From: Macrostomum lignano
Taxonomy: Eukaryota
Direction: 5' to 3'
Length of the DNA stretch: 64,000 bases
Assembly (NCBI GenBank): GCA_002269645.1
Contig: NIVC01002124.1
Span: 62,001-126,000, forward strand
This document shows, in pieces, positions 38,590 through 49,691 of this stretch (positions within the stretch are counted from its first letter, which is position 1; the number at the start of each line of letters is the position of its first letter). The notes below the pieces were generated by a model, which saw only the letters and a program-made list of their open reading frames with translations, was not told where the DNA came from and ran no database searches. Both the position numbers and the translations under genes were made by a program.

Positions 38590-41500
38590 AGGGGTCAGAG
38601 AAGGGAGAGGGGTGAGTGAAGGAGTCAGAGAATGGAGAGGGTGGATGCAGGGATTAGAGAAGGGAGAGGGTGGATGCAGGGGTCAGAGAAGGGAGACACT
38701 GGCGGCTGCAGGGGTCAGAGAAGGGAGACACTGGCGGCTGCAGGGGTCAGAGAAGGGAGACGGGCGGCTGCAGGGGTCAGAGAAGGGAGACGGGCGGCTG
38801 CAGGGGTCAGAGAAGGGAGACGGGCGGCTGCAGGGGTCAGAGAAGGGAGACGGGCGGCTGCAGGGGTCAGAGAAGGGAGACGGGCGGCTGCAGGGGTCAG
38901 AGAAGGGAGACACTGGCGGCTGCAGGGGTCAGAGAAGGGAGACGGGCGGCTGCAGGGGTCAGAGAAGGGAGACGGGCGGCTGCAGGGGTCAGAGAAGGGA
39001 GACGGGCGGCTGCAGGGGTCAGAGAAGGGAGACGGGCGGCTGCAGGGGTCAGAGAAGGGAGACGGGCGGCTGCAGGGGTCAGAGAAGGGAGACGGGCGGC
39101 TGCAGGGGTCAGAGAAGGGAGACGGGCGGCTGCAGGGGTCAGAGAAGGGAGACGGGCGGTTGCAGGGGTCAGAGAAGGGAGACGGGCGGCTGCAGGGGTC
39201 AGAGAAGGGAGACGGGCGGCTGCAGGGGTCAGAGAAGGGAGAGGGGCGGCTGCAGGGGTCAGAGAAGGGAGACACTGGCGGCTGCAGGGGTCAGAGAAGG
39301 GAGACACTGGCGGCTGCAGGGGTCAGAGAAGGGAGACGGGCGGCTGCAGGGGTCAGAGAAGGGAGACGGGCGGCTGCAGGGGTCAGAGAAGGGAGAGGGG
39401 CGGCTGCAGGGGTCAGAGAAGGGAGAGGGGCGGCTGCAGGGGTCAGAGAAGGGAGACACTGGCGGCTGCAGGGGTCAGAGAAGGGAGAGGGGTGGATGCA
39501 GGGGTCAGAGAAGGGAGAGGGGTGGATGCAGGGGTCAGAGAAGGGAGAGGGGTGGCTGCAGGGGTCAGAGAAGGGAGAGGGGTGGCTGCAGGGGTCAGAG
39601 AAGGGAGAGGGGTGGATGCAGGGGTCAGAGAAGGGAGAGGGGTGGCTGCAGGGGTCAGAGAAGGGAGAGGGGTGGCTGCAGGGGTCAGAGAAGGGAGAGG
39701 GGTGGCTGCAGGGGTCAGAGAAGGGAGAGGGGTGGATGCAGGGGTCAGAGAAGGGAGAGGGGTGGATGCAGGGGTCAGAGAAGGGAGACGGGCGGCTGCA
39801 GGGGTCAGAGAAGGGAGACGGGCGGCTGCAGGGGTCAGAGAAGGGAGACGGGCGGCTGCAGGGGTCAGAGAAGGGAGACGGGCGGCTGCAGGGGTCAGAG
39901 AAGGGAGACACTGGCGGCTGCAGGGGTCAGAGAAGGGAGACGGGCGGCTGCAGGGGTCAGAGAAGGGAGACGGGCGGCTGCAGGGGTCAGAGAAGGGAGA
40001 CGGGCGGCTGCAGGGGTCAGAGAAGGGAGACGGGCGGCTGCAGGGGTCAGAGAAGGGAGACGGGCGGCTGCAGGGGTCAGAGAAGGGAGACGGGCGGCTG
40101 CAGGGGTCAGAGAAGGGAGACGGGCGGCTGCAGGGGTCAGAGAAGGGAGACGGGCGGCTGCAGGGGTCAGAGAAGGGAGACGGGCGGCTGCAGGGGTCAG
40201 AGAAGGGAGACACTGGCGGCTGCAGGGGTCAGAGAAGGGAGACGGGCGGCTGCAGGGGTCAGAGAAGGGAGACGGGCGGCTGCAGGGGTCAGAGAAGGGA
40301 GACGGGCGGCTGCAGGGGTCAGAGAAGGGAGACGGGCGGCTGCAGGGGTCAGAGAAGGGAGACACTGGCGGCTGCAGGGGTCAGAGAAGGGAGACGGGCG
40401 GCTGCAGGGGTCAGAGAAGGGAGACGGGCGGCTGCAGGGGTCAGAGAAGGGAGACGGGCGGCTGCAGGGGTCAGAGAAGGGAGACGGGCGGCTGCAGGGG
40501 TCAGAGAAGGGAGACGGGCGGCTGCAGGGGTCAGAGAAGGGAGAGGGGTGGATGCAGGGGTCAGAGAAGGGAGAGGGGTGGATGCAGGGGTCAGAGAAGG
40601 GAGAGGGGTGGCTGCAGGGGTCAGAGAAGGGAGAGGGGTGGCTGCAGGGGTCAGAGAAGGGAGAGGGGTGGATGCAGGGGTCAGAGAAGGGAGAGGGGTG
40701 GATGCAGGGGTCAGAGAAGGGAGAGGGGTGGCTGCAGGGGTCAGAGAAGGGAGAGGGGTGGATGCAGGGGTCAGAGAAGGGAGAGGGGTGGATGCAGGGG
40801 TCAGAGAAGGGAGAGGGGCGGCTGCAGGGGTCAGAGAAGGGAGACACTGGCGGCTGCAGGGGTCAGAGAAGGGAGACACTGGCGGCTGCAGGGGTCAGAG
40901 AAGGGAGACGGGCGGCTGCAGGGGTCAGAGAAGGGAGACGGGCGGCTGCAGGGGTCAGAGAAGGGAGAGGGGCGGCTGCAGGGGTCAGAGAAGGGAGAGG
41001 GGCGGCTGCAGGGGTCAGAGAAGGGAGACACTGGCGGCTGCAGGGGTCAGAGAAGGGAGAGGGGTGGATGCAGGGGTCAGAGAAGGGAGAGGGGTGGATG
41101 CAGGGGTCAGAGAAGGGAGAGGGGTGGCTGCAGGGGTCAGAGAAGGGAGAGGGGTGGCTGCAGGGGTCAGAGAAGGGAGAGGGGTGGATGCAGGGGTCAG
41201 AGAAGGGAGAGGGGTGGCTGCAGGGGTCAGAGAAGGGAGAGGGGTGGATGCAGGGGTCAGAGAAGGGAGAGGGGTGGCTGCAGGGGTCAGAGAAGGGAGA
41301 GGGGTGGATGCAGGGGTCAGAGAAGGGAGAGGGGTGGATGCAGGGGTCAGAGAAGGGAGAGGGGTGGCTGCAGGGGTCAGAGAAGGGAGAGGGGTGGATG
41401 CAGGGGTCAGAGAAGGGAGAGGGGTGGATGCAGGGGTCAGAGAAGGGAGAGGGGTGGCTGCAGGGGTCAGAGAAGGGAGAGGGGTGGCTGCAGGGGTCAG

Positions 41501-41625
41501 AGAAGGGAGAGGGGTGGATGCAGGGGTCAGAGAAGGGAGAGGGGTGGATGCAGGGGTCAGAGAAGGGAGAGGGGTGGCTGCAGGGGTCAGAGAAGGGAGA
41601 GGGGCGGCTGCAGGGGTCAGAGAAG
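38590..41625. repeat. 30-bp G-rich satellite (CAGGGGTCAGAGAAGGGAGACGGGCGGCTG) with 32-bp variants, ~100 copies
   Basis: Read directly. Confidence 0.97.
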
Positions 41626-42759
41626 AGAGAATAGAGTTACACGGAAATCAAAAAAGCGAATGGCTAAAAGGCGAACCCACACAAGCTAAAAACAAAACAC
41701 AGATAGGAAAGGCATGCAGTACAGCATATACTCGCACAATGTATGCACGGATATAACTAGACATATCACGAGAATAACAGGTTTATCTAGCGCATACTAC
41801 TCCAATCAATTAGTATTATAAGTAGTAACTGTGGGAGAGAAGCAATTTTGAAAAGAAACTAGTATTAAATTCAAAGTAGACGGCAACAATTCACAAAAGC
41901 AGAAAGCTCAAAGAAAGCAGAGCTTTACGAAATTATCAATAACTGCGTAATTACGAGTATAAGTAAATACGAGTATAGCATAACATGGATTTTTGGCACA
42001 AAAAGTTTATAGAAATTATGACCAATAGAACGGCAGGACAATTAATATAAGCGCTTATTAAGCTTCATTAAACGATAATTAAAGCACGGAGTATTAGGCA
42101 TTATTTAGCAAAACTGCAGCCATTTCTATCCATTTTATTCGATTATATATAGTTTAATTTAACTTAACACTAATGGCTTTGTTTTTAGTAGAGGCATATT
42201 AAATAGACATACTACTAAGTTGTGAGTAGAGGGAGTGTCCGCTTTGAAAGAATTTATTTAGGATTTTTAGTATTTTCCTTGGGATCTTGGATGCAACATC
42301 ACAGGCATAGCAACTAGTAATTACGAGCGTAAGGTCAGCATAGCCTGACAGGTAATAATCAGGAACTACCCGAAACAGTTGGCAGCTCCGTTCACTCTAA
42401 GGAAGTACCATTAGTTCGGGAAACTGCTCCGCTTCAGTGTAAATCACAGATATTAGAATAACCAGATGTCACTCGCAAAAATGCGCTTAACTACTTATTT
42501 TCAGTAGCAACATTAGCACTTCTTGCTTTAATAATAGATATTTAAACAGTTTTTTAAGCTGCAAAAATCACCTCGTCAAATTATTAAGGAAGAAATTAAT
42601 TCAAGACTGAAGATTGCAGGAAAACTTGAAAAGCCCAAATCCAGTGCGTGTGCATAGCGAGCAAGAGAAAAGAGAAAAGGGGTGGCGCCACAGCACAAAG
42701 TCAGGCCGATAAACAGTTAGGCTTTGCTCTTGCCCGCTTGTGTCTGACTTTGACCTCTC

Positions 42760-43030
42760 TCCTTACTACTCTCTCATTGGCTGAGCCAAATGGGGCCTGC
42801 CCCCTAGGCTAAGTTTCGTCCGTCTCACCTCTCTCCTTACTGCTTTCTCATTGGCTGAGCTAGATTGGGCATGCCCCCTAGGCTAAGTTTCGTCCGTCTC
42901 ACCTCTCTCCTTACTGCTTTCTCATTGGCTGAGCTAGATTGGGCATGCCCCCTAGGCTAAGTTTCGTCCGTCCACCTCTCTCCTTACTGCTCTCTCGTTG
43001 GCTGAGCTAGATTGGGCCAGCCCCCTAAGC
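42760..43030. repeat. 74-bp repeat, ~3.7 copies, downstream of ERGIC3
   Basis: TAGGCTAAGTTTCG at 42805, 42879, 42953. Confidence 0.85.
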
Positions 43031-43348
43031 TGAATTTTGTCCGTCTTGCATTCACTTGTGTACATCGAGTTAAATGCTTGTTGTTCATTCTTGCTCCTGA
43101 GGCCACAAACGTCAGGAAGGAAAGGAAATTTTAGTTGCCACATTAAATTTAGGTGACACTGCGCAGACAAACTACTGAAAAACAGTAGGCACTCTGCTTT
43201 TTCTTAAATTTAATTGCGAGTGACAAATCTAGTTATTCTAGTATATGTGGTGTACATGGACAAAACTCGTTGCCACATAAGCGTCAAGACTGGATAGTTC
43301 CAGTCCAATGCCGCTATTTATAGAAGTCCATGAAATGATAGTTGAAAT

Positions 43349-46300
43349 TCAAGTCTGCTTTCCTATGGCCAGTTTCTGTTGAATAACCCTAGAAGAATGA
43401 TAGCAGAAGGCGTCAATGAGGCTGGCCACGGTGAACACGCCGCCGACGATGGCGCACACGGAGGTCAGGAAATGCCCGAACGAGCGTCGGCGCTCGGTGA
43501 TTCGAACCAGAATTGGCGAGATTTCGTAATAGAAAAATACGCCAGGTAAATTAACGGAGCTGCGCTCGTGCTTAGTGACGGAGTACTGATTGCTGCTGGT
43601 CTCCGTGCCGTTTAGCGAGGTGTACAGGGTGGGCACCACCTGCGGTGAGGCATATGGCTTGCATTCTAATATTCAATACTAACTAATAAACAGTTTGCGA
43701 GAATACAATGAATAATAATAATTGATTACATCTGCCCTACCCATTTACCGCAGCTAATGCTGGCATCTATTTTACAGCTGGGTGAACTGAAGCAATGCAG
43801 AGTTCAGTGTCTTACTCGGAACAAATTGTTCCGAGTGGGTGGAGAATCGAACCCTCGACCTTTCATATAGTTGTGAGTCCGACGCTCTCTCTAACTCAGG
43901 GGTCGGCAAACTTTTACCCCAAGGGCCTGATAGAAAATGCAGCTCATGGCTACGAGCCATGGAAAGGAAATGAGAGAGGAAAGTAGAAAGGATAAAAGAT
44001 GAGGTGAGATGAGAGAAAAAATGGGAGAGTAGAGAAGGGAGAGAGTGGAGAGAAGAGGAGAGACTGGGAAAGAGGAGGAGAGCGAGGAGAGGGGAGAGGA
44101 GAGGAGGAGAAAAGAGACAGGGAGAGAGAAGAGGCGAGAGAAAGAGAAAGAACTGCATGAGAAGAGACACAAACATTGAGCGGGCCGGATTGCTATTGCG
44201 AAGTTTCAAAGGACCGAGGGCCTGATTGAGAGGCTTCACGGGCCGCATGTGGCCCGCGGGCCGGAGTTTGCCGAGCCCTGTCTAACTGCTAGGCTAACTG
44301 CTAGTACATTTAAAATCTCTAATAAACACTTAAAGTACGAGCTACACTGCATACACTGAATCGGCCTTTAAAGTATACTGGTTGCTCAGAATATCAGACT
44401 AAGCCAGCCCCAAAAAGAACTAACCAACAAACCTTAACATAGTAGGACACCAATTTGGTAGCCGAGCCGTCGACAAACACCCGACTGTGGCCGTCCAGCG
44501 GGTTCACCCGACCGTCGTAGGTGTCGCCGAAGCTGAGCGAGTGCACGCTGTGACTAAGATTGAAGGTGACGCCGCGCAGACCAGACAGGTCGTGCACGTG
44601 CATGTGCGACTGTTCGTAGCTTTTGCCAGGCGCGAAATGAAAATTGCCGGCCACTTTGTTCACCTGCGAGTGGAAATTGAGCTGACTCAGTATATTGCAA
44701 TCAGGTGTGCAGTCTCCATGGGACCATGGTCGCTTTATTTTTAATATATTAGCTTTTAATCTGTACCAATAACAATAATAACCCCCTTTCCCTCCCCCTG
44801 GTCAATTTTCCTGGATCGTGGCGCGAGAGTCGGGGCGCGTTCACACCGCTGAGCTCTGCTCCAAACCCCGCATTCGATCTATTGCATAGCTCGTATCAGC
44901 GGTTGACAAGCTTTTAACCTCAAGGGCCAGATTGCTATTGTAAAATTTTAAAGGACTCAAAGGCCGGATAGAGAGGCTTTGCGAGCTGCATATGGCGACC
45001 CCCGATCGACTATAAAGTACACATATGATTTATAAGGTTAGCGTATAAGATAGTAGTACACATAGCCAACCCCCAGAAGTCCACTGCCCCCCCATACCAG
45101 CAGGTGTCCATGCACCCGACAGCCTTCGTGACCGGCGTTCCTCAGCTTAACGTCGAGTCCCTCCTCTCTGCACTGAGCATAGTTGGCCAGATCAACCACA
45201 GCCCAGCCTTTCAATCTGTAGGCCTCTCTAACATCGTTGCACGTGTTGCAGCAGCGCCGGTCGGCAGTCTCGGCACCGTAGCAGGAGCCGCAGGTTGGCG
45301 CGGTTGGAGCTTCATTTTTATTGCCGTCCTTGGAGACGTTGATTGGCCCGGCTGTGTTCACCTGCGATGGCGGAAATTACAGGTATGATGAAGACCTAGA
45401 ATCACACAGGGTGTATAGCGGCCCTGACATTCTCATCGGGGCATGTACTACACATTCGGTACCTTCAGGATAGCCATCACCTACCTATGTCTAAGTACTA
45501 TCACAGTAGCTAAAGGTCCGGAATCGAACCCGGGTAGCCATCACCTACCTATGTCTAAGCACTATCACAGTAGCTAAAGGTCCGGAATCGAACCCGGGTA
45601 GCCATTACCTACCTATGTCTAAGCATTATCACAGTAGCTAAAGGTCCGGAATCGAATCCGGGTAGCCATCAACTAAGTCTAAGTACTATCACAGTAGCTA
45701 AAGGTCCGGAATCGAAACCGGGTAGCCATCACCTACCTATGTCTAAGCACTATCATAGTAGCTAAAGGTCCGGAATCGAACCCGGGTAGCCATCACCTAC
45801 CTATGTCTAAGCACTATCATAGTAGCTAAAGGTCCGGAATCGAACCCGGGTAGCCATCACCTACCTATGTCTAAGCACTATCACAGTAGCTAAAGGTCCG
45901 GAATCGAACCCGGGTAGCCATCACCTATGTCTAAGTACTATCACAGCAGCTAAAGGTCCGGAATCGAACCTGGGTAGCCATCACCTACCTATGTCTAAGT
46001 ACTATCACAGCAGCTAAAGGTCCGGAATCGAACCCGGGTAGCCATCACCTATGTCTAAGTACTATCACAGCAGCTAAAGGTCCGGAATCGAACCTGGGTA
46101 GCCATCACCTACCTATGTCTAAGTACTATCACAGCAGCTAAAGGTCCGGAATCGAACCCGGGTAGCCATCAACTATGTCTAAGTACTCGCTCACCTGAGT
46201 CTTGACCTGCTCCCCAATCTCCCGACCCCCGCTGTCCAGCCGGGTCTTGTACAGGTCGTGCGCAATGTCTATGTGCTGCTCGCCGGACACGTCCATGGAG

Positions 46301-46575
46301 TCTATAGTGAGAAAGTCGCACGGCATGGAGGGAAAGCTGATATTAACATTAATCTGAATCTTGTTGCCCCTAGTAACGTCAACAAAGATCTCCTGGTTGA
46401 GATCGGTGCTCAAATAGAGCCGCAGTTCGGACACAAACAGGCCGAACATGAGGCAGGCGCTAACTAAAGAAATCAGAGCGCCGCCCAAAGTGCGAACTCG
46501 AAGCTCTTCGAGCGGTTTCGAATACACGTCGAGTCGCTTCAGAGCCGACAGACTTTTGGTGACGTTGGCGGCCAT
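43349..46575 (-). CDS. ERGIC3: ER-Golgi intermediate compartment protein 3 (Erv46 family), 388 aa
   Basis: Exons 46575-46195, 45361-45098, 44663-44433, 43639-43349 (1167 nt, all phase 0). Motifs LKRLDVYSK, CGSCYGA..CCNTC..V..AY, EGCRVHG, VNKVAGNFHFAPG, LPGVFFYYEISP, FLTSVCAIVGGVFTVA, C-terminal GKQT. Confidence 0.95.
43708..44300 (-). mobile_element. tRNA/CORE-type SINE, interrupted in its head by a hAT MITE
   Basis: Reverse complement matches the 17085 and 26483 copies including the ATT tail; the head continues at 44281-44300 after the insert. Confidence 0.75.
43898..44280. mobile_element. Non-autonomous hAT (Charlie-like) MITE
   Basis: TIRs CAGGGGTCGGCAAAC / GTTTGCCGAGCCCTG (14/15 match); flanking TCTAACT repeated on both sides. 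A degenerate relative lies at ~44920-45005. Confidence 0.85.
45465..46185. repeat. 60-64-bp minisatellite carrying a tRNA B-box on the - strand, ERGIC3 intron 1
   Basis: Each unit contains GGAATCGAACCCGGG (reverse complement CCCGGGTTCGATTCC); ~11 copies. Confidence 0.9.
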
Positions 46576-46744
46576 GCTTAGCTTGGAATTTCCTTGTGTT
46601 TAATAAATACAATTACACCGTATAATTTGCACTCCTGCCTACTGTTCTCGAGTAGCACGGTTAGTAGATATTGGCGCAAAATGTTGTGGAAATTTCAGCA
46701 AATCAGAAATAGGAAAAACAGAATTTTCTGAAATTATTATCCTG

Positions 46745-47100
46745 GCTGTGAAGTTAAAGGTGTGAATTTCTCTGGGCCTGGCTGTGAAGTTAAAGGTGTG
46801 AATCTCTGAGATTGGCTGTGAAGTTAAAGGTGTGAATCCCTGAGATTGGCTGTGAAGTTAAAGGTGTGAATCCCTGAGATTGGCTGTGAAGTTAAAGGTG
46901 TGAATCCCTGAGATTGGCTGTGAAGTTAAAGGTGTGAATCCCTGAGATTGGCTGTGAAGTTAAAGGTGTGAATCCCTGAGATTGGCTGTGAAGTTAAAGG
47001 TGTGAATCCCTGAGATTGGCTGTGAAGTTAAAGGTGTGAATCCCTGAGATTGGCTGTGAAGTTAAAGGTGTGAATCCCTGAGATTGGCTGTGAAGTTAAA
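46745..47100. repeat. 34-bp repeat (GGCTGTGAAGTTAAAGGTGTGAATCCCTGAGATT), ~10 copies, 170 bp upstream of the ERGIC3 ATG
   Basis: Read directly; the unit junction forms ATTGG (CCAAT on the - strand). Confidence 0.9.
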
Positions 47101-47502
47101 ATCAAACGTAAACGGCAAAAAAATCCGGTGACCCTACAAAAGTCTGAGCGCACCTTATCTATAGCTAGCCTGACCAATTTATACATTATTACACTTGGCC
47201 GAGATGAGGCCTCGAGGCAGTTTCTACACAAAAGCGACGGGGCGGCGGAACTAGTGCTATAAATTAAGAAGGAACAAACGATTTTAATTAATTAATAAAA
47301 GAAGCATTCGCAGGCAATCCGATGGCGCCATAATATATTTTAATATCTCTGAGCTGAGGGAAGATAAAAAAATCGCAAAACGACCACCAGATAGCAGGTA
47401 GACTTCTATCAGATGGCAATAAATTATTAGTTCGTATACACAACAGCAGTGCAGCCAGAACTTTTTTTGGGGGGGTGGGGTGGGGTGGGCGCATCCGTGG
47501 GG

Positions 47503-48995
47503 GCGCCAGCACCAGAGGCGCCAGCACCAGAGGCGCCAGCACCAGAGGCGCCAGCACCAGAGGCGCCAGCACCAGAGGCGCCAGCACCAGAGGCGCCAGC
47601 ACCAGAGGCGCCAGCACCAGAGGCGCCAGCACCAGAGGCGCCAGCACCAGAGGCGCCAGCACCAGAGGCGCCAGCACCAGAGGCGCCAGCACCAGAGGCG
47701 CCAGCACCAGAGGCGCCAGCACCAGAGGCGCCAGCACCAGAGGCGCCAGCACCAGAGGCGCCAGCACCAGAGGCGCCAGCACCAGAGGCGCCAGCACCAG
47801 AGGCGCCAGCACCAGAGGCGCCAGCACCAGAGGCGCCAGCACCAGAGGCGCCAGCACCAGAGGCGCCAGCACCAGAGGCGCCAGCACCAGAGGCGCCAGC
47901 ACCAGAGGCGCCAGCACCAGAGGCGCCAGCACCAGAGGCGCCAGCACCAGAGGCGCCAGCACCAGAGGCGCCAGCACCAGAGGCGCCAGCACCAGAGGCG
48001 CCAGCACCAGAGGCGCCAGCACCAGAGGCGCCAGCACCAGAGGCGCCAGCACCAGAGGCGCCAGCACCAGAGGCGCCAGCACCAGAGGCGCCAGCACCAG
48101 AGGCGCCAGCACCAGAGGCGCCAGCACCAGAGGCGCCAGCACCAGAGGCGCCAGCACCAGAGGCGCCAGCACCAGAGGCGCCAGCACCAGAGGCGCCAGC
48201 ACCAGAGGCGCCAGCACCAGAGGCGCCAGCACCAGAGGCGCCAGCACCAGAGGCGCCAGCACCAGAGGCGCCAGCACCAGAGGCGCCAGCACCAGAGGCG
48301 CCAGCACCAGAGGCGCCAGCACCAGAGGCGCCAGCACCAGAGGCGCCAGCACCAGAGGCGCCAGCACCAGAGGCGCCAGCACCAGAGGCGCCAGCACCAG
48401 AGGCGCCAGCACCAGAGGCGCCAGCACCAGAGGCGCCAGCACCAGAGGCGCCAGCACCAGAGGCGCCAGCACCAGAGGCGCCAGCACCAGAGGCGCCAGC
48501 ACCAGAGGCGCCAGCACCAGAGGCGCCAGCACCAGAGGCGCCAGCACCAGAGGCGCCAGCACCAGAGGCGCCAGCACCAGAGGCGCCAGCACCAGAGGCG
48601 CCAGCACCAGAGGCGCCAGCACCAGAGGCGCCAGCACCAGAGGCGCCAGCACCAGAGGCGCCAGCACCAGAGGCGCCAGCACCAGAGGCGCCAGCACCAG
48701 AGGCGCCAGCACCAGAGGCGCCAGCACCAGAGGCGCCAGCACCAGAGGCGCCAGCACCAGAGGCGCCAGCACCAGAGGCGCCAGCACCAGAGGCGCCAGC
48801 ACCAGAGGCGCCAGCACCAGAGGCGCCAGCACCAGAGGCGCCAGCACCAGAGGCGCCAGCACCAGAGGCGCCAGCACCAGAGGCGCCAGCACCAGAGGCG
48901 CCAGCACCAGAGGCGCAGGCACCAGAGGCGCCAGCACCAGAGGCGTCAGCACCAGAGGCGCCAGCACCAGAGGCGCCAGCACCAGAGGCGCCAGC
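47503..48995. repeat. Near-perfect 15-bp satellite (GGCGCCAGCACCAGA), ~99 copies
   Basis: Read directly; only two variant units seen, near the right end. Confidence 0.98.
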
Positions 48996-49691
48996 ATTTA
49001 TCAAAGGACATTATGGCCTATACCTTATGACCTACCCACATACATGATCAACTGTGTCAATCTCCGACATGTATCGAAAAAAGCTGTACACTATCGGTAT
49101 AAAATAGCTGAACCAGAATTTGGGTCAGAATTGCGACTCGAACCAACGTCCGCGACGATGCGTGCGTACAGTGGCAATAATTTGTGCAAAAGTATTTTTA
49201 AGAATCGAGGAACTACATAGGTACTGGATGATTGCATAGAGACGTATATATAAACTTGGTAAGTCATGAATTAGGTACAATATTACAATCGCCAAAATCA
49301 GCTAGTTATCAATAAAGCGCGCAAGAATCTATAGATAGAAAAAGACATATGCTACTAAGGCGAACTGCTTTATAAGCTTAATTTTGAGCTGTCTTATATT
49401 AAACAAACACACCGTATTCTTTGAGAGCAGGTGAGTATTAAAAATCATTAAACTGAGAGAACACATTGAAAACAATAGGAATCATCTATGCACAGATATT
49501 GCCGCGACAGCTTGATGAAGAGTTCAGCCAAGTACTTCGTATACGGAATTTGTAATGGATTTTGTATGGACTTCGGCGACATCGTCCCACACCCAGCAGT
49601 TCAGCCCATTCCAGCTCTGACTTCTGAGCGCGCATTCATGCACAGTGGTGTACAGTGCGGCCCTGACTTTCAGGCACGTACACTCTCAAAG

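Noticed and set aside
38612-41756. Three ~1000-aa Gly/Arg-rich ORFs
   Set aside because: Translation of a 30-bp satellite; no unique coding sequence.
45465-46185. tRNA gene cluster
   Set aside because: Only the T-arm/B-box is present; no acceptor stem, D arm or anticodon arm could be folded.
47288-49220. APEAP / GASGA / QHQRR repeat proteins
   Set aside because: A 15-bp array open in all six frames; no frame preference or domain.
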